A stretch of 64,000 nucleotides of DNA, from the NCBI RefSeq assembly GCF_006345805.1, contig NC_042999.1:42346001-42410000 (forward strand), in the 5' to 3' direction. The notes under the pieces are model-generated. The model did not search any database. It had not been told where the DNA came from and worked only from the letters and a program-made list of their open reading frames with translations. Each line of letters opens with the position of its first letter. Within the stretch, counting starts at the first letter, position 1. This stretch comes from Octopus sinensis (Eukaryota). Below are positions 49,560-62,324 of the stretch, piece by piece. The translations under genes and the position numbers were made by a program.

Positions 49560-51299
49560 AAAATAATTAACCATCCTGAAATATATCAACATATATATAT
49601 ATATATATAAAATAATTTAGCTAGGTGTTAACCACCTAAGGGATATTAAATATTCAAAGAATATATATATAATAGAAGCAGTTCTATAATAAAAACCTTA
49701 CCAATATCATATACTTAACATATGTGAGTTGTTTAAATGCTACTAGCTGCTGGGCTTTTTTTCTTTTGTTCAGGAAAAATCCTTTTAAAGACATATAGTG
49801 TTAAATAACAGAATACACTTCAGATCTTGGCAAAATGAAATTGCCTCTTAAGCGGTCACAAGAGCAATGGATATTTACTACATATGTGGGAAATTTTGTC
49901 TGTCGTTTTATCGATTTTGATGAAACTTGACATGTGAGTAGAACTCATGTCTAGAAACCTCATGGCATACTCAGATTGTTGAAGAAATTGATTTTAGGGC
50001 CCCTGGAAGGGACCCTTATATATATCTAATATATCTCATTTTAACAGTCAAGAGAAATAACACATTCACCCAGATTTTAACAGTCAAGGGAAATAACCCA
50101 TTCATTTTCCTAAATCATTTGGCATAAATCAAATTGAGTATGCTTATTTCTTTGTATTTGAACTGTTAGAGTTATTTTCGCAATTTATCCAGTACAACAA
50201 GTGAATAGTATTTTCCGAAACAATAGATCCACTTATTTTGGTTAGTGACTCATTCATGAATATACCAACACTAGCACCCCTGAGGGTAATATTCTCCAGG
50301 AAAGCACAAAAGCCCTTTTCAGAGTTATTTACTTTGAATTGTTATTATCTCATATCTGATTAGCCTGTTATTACGTAACATGCCTCACAATTTTAGTATA
50401 CATAGTTCTTGTTTGGGATAACTGCCCTCCTAGACAAGTGACAGTTCACATCACAGTATAATCCATTTTTGGCATGTTTTCTAAGGCAGGATGCCCTTTT
50501 ACTGTCAGACACTTTAGACATTGTACCAATTGCATGCTGTCAAAGCACAGTGTTAGAGAGGTAACCATTTCCTTAGGAAGACCAAAGAGTTCTCTTGACC
50601 CTGTGTTGTCTTTATTCACTTACTATAATGAGTGCACTACATATGTTTTATTGTGGGATGAGCACAAGAGAGGTTCTGCAAGATAAAAGGATTTTCTCTA
50701 TATTGTTGCCATTTGTTCAAGGTAAATATGATCAAGAGTGGGAATAGAAGAGAGTGAGATAACAAGAAGGAAAGGAAAAATAATAAAAACCCAAGACAAA
50801 AAAAGTATGATTATAATAGGAGAAATAGAGTCATTGAAAGACAGCTACATCTTGGTTGTTGATAAACTGCTTGAATAGAAAAATAGCATGAGTGATACAT
50901 TGTGATATGGGGTGACAGAGTGATAGAAGTACAGGAAAATGATGGAAATCAAGAAAGAGCATGTGTGTGTGCACATCAGTGTGCATGTGTGTGTGTACAG
51001 AAAAATTTAGTCTTTAATCACTATGTATCATACTAAATGTATACACACAGAAGGCATGAAGTTATAAAGTTTTCTGATCTAAAAATCTTTTCATAGACTC
51101 CTTTTGTTAAAAACAACATATACTGGAGCGAGACAAACAGCATTGCTGCAGTAACTCGCAAGAATGACACGTGTGTTTCACCTTTGTTGAAACTTGTCAG
51201 TGCCGTGCACTTGATTGCCACCTGCTTAAACAAAATTCGCAACTCAAGATACATACATACGCACATACATACATCTTATTAATATTTTGCAGATGTAAC

Positions 51300-51377
51300 A
51301 GAGTGACTCAAGCCCTGAGAGTTTCTTATGCTGGCACCTGTACCAACACTCAATATTCTCAGACCTTGAGTCACTCT
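51300..51377. ncRNA. Pre-miRNA-like hairpin candidate (78 nt)
   Basis: AGAGTGACTCAAG-CC-CTGAGAGT pairs with ATTCTCAG-AC-CTTGAGTCACTCT (13-bp perfect stem, 2x2 loop, 8-bp stem); imperfect basal extension GATGTAAC/AATACTTC. Confidence 0.35.
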
Positions 51378-51456
51378 AATACTTCTGGTAAACATTAATA
51401 AAAATATAAATATACTCATATTTTGAGTTCTATTTTTTCTGTTTGCACCAACATAT

Positions 51457-51510
<54 letters not shown>

Positions 51511-51732
51511 AATGAAATAAACAGAACACAAAGGATGTCGCAGACACATGTTCATTATATATATATATATATGTATACATACATATATATATATATATGT
51601 ATACATACATATATATATATACATATACATATACACATATACATATATACATATACACATACATATACACATATATACATACACATATGCACATACACAT
51701 ATACACATATATACATATACATATACACATAT

Positions 51733-51818
<86 letters not shown>

Positions 51819-53095
51819 TACATACATAGAGAACAATGAATAAAACATTCAGTGGTGCTACAGAAGTTTGCTAAGCTGTAGAAAAACTTAATATAAGCAA
51901 TTGAAACAGCATTCAATCATAGCTGCCATTTGCGCATCATACTAAATGTATACACACTGTTAGAAGGCATAAGGCTGTGAAATTGCCTGAAATAAAGACT
52001 TTATACTGACTTGCATTTGAGTGAGATTAATGTTGTCTCTGCAGTGATTCTTCAGTCTGAGAGACATGTTTCATTTTTGTTGATGCTCATGAGTGCCAAG
52101 AACTTGACTGTTACCTACTTAATCTTTTATATCAAAACATACACCTTAGCCTTAAATATGTTGCAAAAGTCCAATAAATACTTGTTTTTTTGTCTATTGA
52201 TAATAAATTAGGTGCTATAGGGTTAAGATGCAACTGACATATATTTTGTTGACAATCAGGTGAATAAAAAGTATGAGAAATTTTGGCGAAATTTCAACTT
52301 GGAACTGAGAAAGACAAATCTAAATACTGTAATACAGTTAATGTTACACTTTATTGTTTTAAGAATCTTCACCTCTCTCATGCCAAGCTGAAATATTGGT
52401 GCCACTTTTATTTCACGGCTGAGCGTTTGTTTTAAAAATAGGTATTCGGTTGTTAGTTAATAGTACATACCTTGTTTGAATGTTTGTACAAATATAAAAA
52501 GCTGAAAAGAGCTATAAAATTTTTATATCTCTATTGATTATAGTAAATGAAATATAAAAGAAAATACTGTTTTTGTTGTCATTAAAACTTTTATTGCTTC
52601 TGATATATTTAACTTGTGGTAACTCTTTGAGTGATTTCAGCCATTCGATCGTGGCCATGTCAGGGCACAACCTTGCTGCCAAGGGTTTTTAACCAATTAT
52701 ATGGCCACTAGAATTTATTTCTGTTCGGTATTTATTTTATGAGTTTTTATTGAATGGCTTGGTTATGTTTTTGTGTAAAAGACACATCATTTAGACAGTG
52801 GCATGCACATACACACACATACATATACATGCACACATACACAATCCTACATACATACATGCATACATACATACATACATGCATACATACATACATACAT
52901 ACATACATACATACATACATACATACATACATACATACATACTGGCTGTGTAGTAAGTAGCTTGCTCACCAACCACATAGTTCCGGTTTCATTCCCACTG
53001 CATGGCACCTTGGGCAAGTGTCTTCTACTATAGCCTCGGGCTAACCAAAGCCTTGTGAGTGAATTTGGTAGATAGAAACTGAAAGAAGCCCATCG

Positions 53096-53132
<37 letters not shown>

Positions 53133-55470
53133 GTGTCTATGTTTGTCCCCCAATATCGCATGACAACCGGTGCTGGTGTGTTTACACCCCTGTAACTTAG
53201 CGGTTCAGCAAAAAAGACTGATAAAATAAGTGCTAGGCTTACAAAGATAAGTCCTTGGGTTGATTTGCTCAACTAAAAAGGTGGTGCTCCAGCATGGCCA
53301 CAGTCAAATGACTGAAACAAGTAAAAAAAGAAAAAGGAGTAAGGAATTAGTCAGTCTGAGACTATAGCAGAAAGACACTTATCCTAGGTGCCATGCAGCA
53401 AGACTGAACCCCAAATTACATGATTGTAAAGCGGGCTTTTTAATCACACAGCCATGCATGCACCTGTTTTTGGGGAGGGGGGGGTATGTTTTTTAAAATT
53501 TTCATACAGTGTGCTGGTACCACATAAAAGGCACTCATGTTGCTGGTACCACATATAAACCACCCATGCTGGCACCATATAAAAAGCACCCATGCTGATG
53601 CCACATAAAAACATCTAGTGCACTCTGTAAAGTGGGTTGGCATAAGAAAGGGCATCCATCCAGCTGCAGAAATCAGGCCAAAACAGACAATTTGAGCCAG
53701 GTGTAGTTCTCCAACGCAGCAGCTCTTGTCAAACCATCCAACCCAAACTAGCATGGAAAATGGACGTTAAATGATGATGATGATGGTGCATACCAGTAAA
53801 TAAATATTTGATTTGTTATGTACCATGAAGTCAAATAGATTAAGAATCTCTGGTATAGACTGACAAACCAGTTATCAGGTACAAATAAGTTCTTGACTTC
53901 CTTTACCTGAGATAATTTGGATTAGAGATGTTGAAAAACTATTTTGATTATATATAACATACATTGGTAGCTTCTGTCCTATTCTTCTTCTTCTTTTTAT
54001 TTATCTTCAAAGGAATTTATAAAGATTAAGGGTATGTTGTTGATTCCTTGCCATCAAATGAATAAGAGATAAATCCTTGAATAAGACGCAAATCTATCTC
54101 AAACCGTATTCTTTGGGGGCCTACTACCTATTTATCTTCAACAACAAAATGAATTGAAATATACAGAAGAACATAAAAATGTCTAGACCAAACATACAAT
54201 AACATGTCTGAATGGAAATAGAAGTTAAGATTTCTCTGTGATTGGTTCAGATTATATATTATCCACTTAGCTATTTCACAGAAATATTCCCAGTTGGCTC
54301 TTGTAGTATTTTAAATATAGTTCTTTACAGATTTCCATCAGGATCAATGAGATATAGTCTATTTTTATTGTCTTCGGTCTTTTCAAGATATTCACAAGAA
54401 GAAAAAAAGTTAATTGAGACATTCTTGTTACATACAAAGAAAATATTCTTTGGGAAATGAGATAAATTGCTTGTTCAATTAACTTCTTCACTTCTAATTG
54501 GGCAACTTGATATAAAACCAAAATTTATATGTCTGTTGGCTTCTTTAATCAGTACACATGATTAGCTCAATCAGATCTACAAATTCAAATTCTGTTCTAA
54601 ATTACAAACATTATGCATCACTTGTAGGTTTGTTAGTTCTGCAAATTTAAGTATTTGCATGAATTACACTGAATAACACAAATTTTGTCCTTTAGTAACA
54701 ACTGTTATTTCCTATTTCCTTAACCCTAGAAAATATGAAAATTTGTAAATATTTCCTTCAAACTTTGTTTGTATTACATTTATTCAAACACTAAAGAATC
54801 CCTCTCAACACATGGCTATGATGCTCCCCCCATTACTCCTGCTTGTGATCAGAAATGCACATATTGTCAGCCACTAAGAGATATGATCAATTGGTTAAGG
54901 TCAAGCAACTGACAAACAAATCTGTGGTGTTGAACAGAATATTTGATATAACTATATTTCTGCTTCAGCAACTCAGCGCTGAATCTGTTTGAGGTGTAAC
55001 AGAGAATAAGTCAGTTTCAAAACATTGATGTCCAGGTCACAAAAGCAAAGTTTGAAGGGAATAGTAGTCATTTCCTTTGATAGAAAAATAGAACATAACA
55101 CTTTTTTCTTTCTTTTATTCTTTACTTGTTTGTCATTTGACTGTGGCCATGCTGGAGCACCGCCTTTAGTCAAGCAAATCAATCCCAGGACTTATTCTTT
55201 GTAGGCCTAGTACTTATTTTATCATTCTTTTTTGCTGAACCGCTAAGTTATGGGGATGTAAACACACCAGCATCAGTTGTCAAGCGATGTTGTGGGGACA
55301 AACACAGACACACAAACATATACACACACACCTCACTAAACTCATGGAGTGGTTGGCATTAGGAAGGGCATCCAGCTGTAGAAACATTGCCAGATCAGAC
55401 AGGGCCTGGTGCAGCCTTCTGGCTTCCCAAACCCCAGTTGAACAGTCCAACCCATGGTAGCATGGAAAGC

Positions 55471-56411
55471 GGACACTAAGTGATGATGATATGATGGGCT
55501 TCTTTCAGTTTCTGTCTACCAAACCCACTCACAAGGTTTCAGTCGCCCCAAGGCTATAGTAGAAGACACTTGCCCAAGGTGCCATGCAGTGGGACTGAAC
55601 CTAGAACCATGTGGTTGGTAAGCAAGCTACTTACCACACAGCTGACAAAAAAAAATTTTAATTTTGTTACATAGTTTTGCTGGCATAGGTATCATAGGTA
55701 TTATTAGGACACTAAGTGATGATGATATGATGGGCTTCTTTCAGTTTCTGTCTACCAACCCACTCACAAGGTTTCAGTCGCCCCAAGGCTATAGTAGAAG
55801 ACACTTGCCCAAGGTGCCATGCAGTGGGACTGAACCTAGAACCATGTGGTTGGTAAGCAAGCTACTTACCACACAGCTGACAAAAAAAAATTTTAATTTT
55901 GTTACATAGTTTTGCTGGCATAGGTATCATAGGTATTATTAGGACACTAAGTGATGATGATATGATGGGCTTCTTTCAGTTTCTGTCTACCAAACCCACT
56001 CACAAGGCTTCAGTCGGCCCAAGGCTATAGTAGAAGACACTCGCCCAAGGTGCCATGCAGTGGGACTGAACCCAGACCCATGTGGTTGGTAAGCAAGCTA
56101 CTTACCACACAGCTGACAAAAAAAAATTTTAATTTTGTTACATAGTTTTGCTGGCATAGGTATCATAGGTATTATTAGGACACTAAGTGGTGATGATATG
56201 ATGGGCTTCTTTCAGTTTCTGTCTACCAAACCCACTCACAAGGCTTCAGTCGGCCCAAGGCTATAGTAGAAGACACTTGCCCAAGCTGCCATGCAATGGG
56301 TCTGAACCCAGAACAATGTGGTTGGTAAGCAAGCTACTTACCACACAGCTGAGAAAAAAATTTTTATTTTGTTACATAGTTTTGCTGGCATAGGTATCAT
56401 AGGTATTATTA
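55471..56411 (-). repeat. Tandem array of four 235-236-bp units, each a SINE A head half plus ~65 bp of flank
   Basis: GGACACTAAG starts at 55471, 55707, 55942 and 56178. Units 1-2 share GTTTCAGTCGCCCC and ACCTAGA; units 3-4 share GCTTCAGTCGGCCC and ACCCAGA. Confidence 0.95.
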
Positions 56412-57572
56412 TTGTTCTTTTTTTGACTTGACATAAAATTATTTCTTTAATGGGGATCTACTCTTTTCGATACTTCAGTCATTGGACCCTTTCTTGGAGG
56501 GATTGGAACATAAATGTAGACATCGCTTTTTCCAAGGAGTGTTAATATAAAGATAAACATAGAAACCGACGCATACTTACACACATACACATAGGCATAT
56601 ACACACGACACATGCACAAAGATATATACACACAGAAACAAAGATAACTATATATTATATGTTTCTTTATTATCCACAAGGGGCTAAACACAGAGGGGAC
56701 AAACAAGGACAGACAAACGGATTAAGACGATTACATCGACCCCAGTACTTAACTGGTACTTAATTTATCGACCCCGAAAGAATGAAAGGCAAAGTCGACC
56801 TCGGCGGAATTTGAACTCAGAATGTAACGGCAGACGAAATACGGCTACGCATTTCACCCGGCGTGCTAACGGTTCTGCCAGCTCGCCACCTAACTATATA
56901 TTATATGCTATATAACTATATATTATATGCTCACGTGGTTACTGCAGTTTGATCTGGCGTCAACTTCTAACTCTTTGGACTTGCATTTCTGAACCACTTC
57001 CCGAACTTTCAGCACCTCTCCTCATCCACAAACCAGCACTCCACCCAGATTACCACTGGATCTACTGACTCTACTTTGACGAATTTCACCAGAATTTTAT
57101 CACTACAATCTACCATGACTTTTAAACTTTTTAAACTTTTATACTCCATACATTAATACTTTGCCTTTTTTCTCTCCTTTTTTTACTTTTTTACACATAG
57201 TAAACCATTAACATCTTGTTTCACTCTTTTGAAATGGCATTATAACATTGATTATCTCCCTTTGTGTTTTTCTTTTTGTCTTTTTTCCTTATTAGCGTCC
57301 CTTGGTTAAATGTCATCTGCTTCAAAAAGCAACTGACAAACAATCTTGTTATCAGCTGGAAAAAGGGTGAAATAAATTATTGTTGCGACCAAGGAAATCC
57401 TGGGTAGTTGTATTTAACAAGAATTGTGTTTTCTTTCTTTTTTATTTAACATTATCTTTACTCTCTTAGCTGATTATCTTTACTCTCTACTTGTTGGAGC
57501 CTTACCACAAAATAATAATGATGATGATGATCTTGATGATGATGATGATGAGGAGGAGGAGGAGGAGGAGGG

Positions 57573-58115
57573 TGCAGTAGCAGGCAGTAGCTCTCATGGC
57601 TTCTGATCTTAACTGATTGGAAATGTTATCATGTACATTATTTTGTCTTGGTATAAAAGATGGGCTACAGCAAATATTCTGCTCTATACCACAGATTTGC
57701 TTGTCAGTTGTTTGACCTTAACCAGTTGACCATGTCCCTTTGTGGCTGACGATATGTGCATCTCTGATCATGAGCAGAAGTAGTGGGGGAGCATCATGGC
57801 CATGTGTTGAGAAGAATTCTTTGGGGTTTGAATAATTCACCTCCGGAAACATGGGGGTTTCGTTCAATATCCTTAAACAACCCTTATTCAGGGATCTTTT
57901 GTGTGGGATGAGTTACTCGACCAGAAGAAAATTCTAACTAGGTCCCACCTGCAAGATCATGTGCTGTTTATCTTGATATGAGATCACCATGTCGCGCACA
58001 TATGGTTGTGATGCATGTGCCTAGTGTACCCTTATCAGATGGGTAGTCATGATGGGTATACTGGGCTTTGTATATTTTACCCCAGTGTCACTTTGATGGC
58101 ATGCACTGCTCACTC
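57573..58115 (+). mobile_element. Element X, most complete copy (~540 bp), between AAT/GAT/GAG and (AAT)n tracts
   Basis: Starts TGCAGTAGCAGGCAGTAGCTCTCATGGC and ends TGCACTGCTCACTC-(AAT)n; no ORF. A 5'-truncated copy at 60122-60563 also lies between AAT tracts. Confidence 0.85.
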
Positions 58116-58151
<36 letters not shown>

Positions 58152-59790
58152 CCTGTGGGGATGGAATTTGGTCTTGATAAGTGTGCCAAGGCCATTTTCC
58201 GGAAAAGGAAATTGAAGACCTCACATTCAGTGGTGTTGGATGTTGACACAGTGATAAAAGAACTCAAGCAAGAAAAAACTTATATATACCTTGGAATGAA
58301 TGAGGGCTCTGGCATTCAACATGCAAGCGTGAAAGAGAAGATCAGGAAGGAATGTTACAGGAGAGTTCAAGTAGTCCTAAAAATCTAAGTTAAATGCATT
58401 TAACAAGGTGCTAGCTATAAATTCCTTAGCAGTTCTAGTTGTTATTTACAGTTTCAATGTGTTGAACTGGAATATGAGCGAACTAAGGAAGATTGACAGG
58501 AAAATTTATAAGCTGCTGACTTGCAATAAGATGTACCATGTACAAGGAGGTTGAAACTAGATCAGATTTTAAATCTCTTACAAAATCACTACAACTGGAC
58601 TGGCAAATATCTTGAAACATCTAATGACTGGAAGCTAAAACTTATTGAAAACCTCAAAAGATGTAAGAAGTTTTATTCTGTTATGAAAGAGAGCAAGAAT
58701 TTTTAGTGAGTTTGTGCAAAATACCTGGGTTGAATAGCATGATGGAAGTGTGGTAACTGTAGTTGCGAAGTAAGAGGAATGATAGCAAAGCAAAATGCAT
58801 TTGAACTGATAGGTAGGAACAAAAACCTCTGCATGGCAAACATGTGGCCCATAGCAAACAAGCTGATGTAGACCAGAAGCACACCTACCAGTGGCTACGA
58901 AGCTCAGGGCTAATGGCAGGAAGTGAAGGCTTTATTTTGGCTGCTCAAGATCAGAGCTTATTGACCCAGTACTATCAAGCCAATGTGATGAAAAATGGTG
59001 CAGACCCAAAGTGCCGATACTGCAACGGTGGGATTGAAACAGTGGACCACCTAATTTCTGGTTGTATAGTTTTAGCACCTGCAGAGTACAAATCAAGACA
59101 TGACAGAGTTGGCTAATATCTACATTGGATAATGTGTCAGCATTATAAAAATCAAAACTGCTGACAGATGGTACAAGTACCACCCAGAGGCTGTAACTGA
59201 GGGAGAAAATGTAACTATTCTTTAAGACTTGCCAGTTTGTACAGACCGTATCATCAAACAAATAAACCAGATATTGTTGTAAAAGACGAAAACAATAAAC
59301 ACTGTTTATTGATTGACACGAGCATACTCTGTGACCATAATATCCAGGCAAAAGAATTTGATAACCTCAGAAAATATTAAGATCTGCTAATCGAAATCGA
59401 AAAGATGTGGCATCTCAAGATGGTTACAATTTCAGTGATTGTAGGAGCACTTGGAATGATCGAAAAAGGAACTGAAAGATATTTAAGAATGATCCCTGGC
59501 TTACCATCCATGTCTTAACTGGTACATCACACATACTGAGAAGAGCATTGTCACTGTAAATTTTCTTTTCTTTCCCCCCACTTTATTTTCTCTGTTTACT
59601 TCTTTATTTATTTTTTCCCTTTTTCTCTGTCTTTCTTCCCCTTTTTTTCTCTATCACATGACTCTGTAAATGAACAATCTGTTGTGTTTATGTTAATGGC
59701 CTACCAATGTATGCAGTGTGTTTCTCTGCCCTAGGTGTCAGGAAGACATTCGGCAAGAAAAGGAAACAACTGAAAAATGATAATGAAAAT
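58152..59790 (+). mobile_element. 5'-truncated Dong/R4-clade non-LTR retrotransposon (end of RT, CCHC zinc knuckle, restriction-like endonuclease, 3' UTR)
   Basis: MEFGLDKCAK, YIYLG, EGFILAAQDQSL, KCRYCNGGIETVDHLISGC...RHDRVG, KPDIVVKD, LLID, IVGALGMI; many stops; begins right after (AAT)n and ends in AAT-like repeats. Confidence 0.9.
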
Positions 59791-60063
59791 AATAATGATA
59801 ATGATAATAATCATCATCATCATCATCATCGTTTAACGTCCGCTTTCCATGCTAGCATGGGTTGGAAGGTTCAACTGGGGTCTGGGAAGCCCGAAGGCTG
59901 CACCAGACCCAGTCTGATCTGGCAGTGTTTCTACAGCTGGATGCCCTTCCTAACGCCAACCACTCCGTGAGTGTAGTGGGTGCTTTTTATGTGCCACCGA
60001 CACAGGTGCCAGACAAGGCTGGCGAACGGCCACGCTCGGATGGTGTTTGTTACATGCCACCAC

Positions 60064-60122
<59 letters not shown>

Positions 60123-61026
60123 CTGCTCAATACCACAGATTTGCTTGTCAGTTGTTTGACCTTAACCAGTTGAGCATGTCCCTTGGTGGCTGACGATATG
60201 TGCATCTCTGATCACGAGCAGAAGTAGTGGGGGAGCATCATAGCCATGTGTTGAGAGGGATTCTTTGGGGTTTCGATAATTCCCCTTTGGAAACATGGGT
60301 GGTTCGTTCAACAATCTTAAACAATCCTTATTCAAGGACCTTTTGAGCAGGATGGGCTACTCGACCAGAAGAAAATTCTAACTGGGCCCCACCTGCAAGG
60401 TCAGGTGCTGTTTATCCTGATATGAGATCACCATGTCGCGCACATATGGTTGTGATGCATGTGCCTGGTGTACCCTTATCAGACGGGTAGTCATGATGGG
60501 TATACTGGGCTTCATATATTTTACCCCAGTGTCACTTTGATGGCATGCACTGCTCTCTCACACAATAATAATAATAAAACAGAATAATTTAACTGGTTCA
60601 AATTAACTATGAAATTAACAATTTGTGATAATGTGAATTGGTTATTATCGAGAGCAAAAGAACATGAAGAAATGTCTAGCTAGCTATCTGTCTAATTTTC
60701 TGATCATTTCTACCATAACGAGCTGTTCCTTTATTTTGCTTTTCTTTCCATGGGTCTACTTTGGTCTAAACATTGTCTCCTTCATCTCACTAACGGTTCC
60801 TACTGATCATTACTGTTGTTAATAACTACCATTTCCTATGACATTCAAAGATATCCGGCTAATAAAACTGAACAGTTTCAAAATATGCATTACCTCTCTC
60901 ACTCACTGATTACTTAGAGTGGGATTGGCAAAGAAAAAAATTGAGATTGAATAATTGGGGGTTTTAAAACTTCATAGCTTCACATATACATAAAAGAGGG
61001 AGAAAAAGAGAGATACATATACATAG

Positions 61027-61059
<33 letters not shown>

Positions 61060-61069
61060 CTCTTTTTTA

Positions 61070-61462
61070 CTCTTTTACTCTTTTACTTGTTTCAGTCATT
61101 TGACTGTGGCCAGGCTGGAGCACCGCCTTTAGTCGAGCAAATCGACCCCGGGACTTATTCTTTGTAAGCCCAGTACTTATTCTATCGGTCTCTTTTGCCG
61201 AACCGCTAAGTGACGGGGACGTAAACACACCAGCATCGGTTGTCAAGTAATGCTAGGGGGACAAACACACACACATACACACATATATATACATATATAC
61301 GACAGGCTTCTTTCAGTTTCCGTCTACCAAATCCACTCACAAGGCATTGGTCGGCCCGGGGCTATAGCAGAAGACACTTGCCCAAGATGCCACGCAGTGG
61401 GACTGAACCCGGAACCATGTGGTTGGTTAGCAAGCTACTTACCACACAGCCACTCCTGCGCC
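61070..61462 (-). mobile_element. Young full-length family A SINE
   Basis: Nearly identical (reverse complement) to 17680-17975 and 19813-20205, including the subfamily variants CCCCTAGCATT and CGTCACTTAGCG. Confidence 0.92.
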
Positions 61463-61472
61463 TATATATATC

Positions 61473-61521
<49 letters not shown>

Positions 61522-61610
61522 ATATACATACAAATATATATGTGTGTGTGTATTTATACATATATTTATATGTGTATATGTATATATACAAACATGTATG
61601 TATGTATCTT

Positions 61611-61642
<32 letters not shown>

Positions 61643-61829
61643 CATCACACCACACCACACACCACTGCACCACTATACCACACAACACATCACATCACAA
61701 CACACCACCATGCACACGTCAAGATCACCAGCCCTCTTCCACACACACATACAAACCCTCTCATAGACACGCACGCGCACCTTCGTTTTGGGATCACCAC
61801 TACTTTATTATCTCCCCTTCTCCCTAGCT

Positions 61830-62030
61830 CTCCTATGTGACCCTTCTGTCTGGCATTTGCCATGACAGATTGCTAGCCACTACACATTCTTTATTTTCTC
61901 TCCTTGTTTCTTTCTGTGGAAGAGTGTAGGCTCAAAACGTTAACGACTTTTCCCTTCCCAAGTGTTAAACTAATACATCTGTTTGTTGCCTACACCACCT
62001 GTATTCGTCTTTTGTTTTTATTGTAAATTC
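61830..62030 (+). mobile_element. Penelope-like terminal fragment with hammerhead-like fold (61909-61946)
   Basis: TCTTT-CTGTGGA-A-GAGT-GTAG-GCTC-AAAAC-GTT-AACGA; homologous to 13590-13750. Confidence 0.5.
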
Positions 62031-62324
62031 TCCCTATTTATATAAATATATATATATATATTATATATATATATATGTATTTGTATAATGCCTTTACTGA
62101 TATGTAATGGTGTAATAAAGTATTGTCTGGGTATCATCTGATAGTTGATGTTTTATTGATTTAAGTATGTTTCTCCATTTTCTAATTTTGTAGTATATAT
62201 ATATATGACTGGACTGGTGCAGCTTTCGGGCTCCCCAGACCCCAGTTGAACCGTCCAACCCATGCTAGCATGGAAAGCGGACGTTAAATGATGATGATGA
62301 TGATGATGATGATATATATATATT

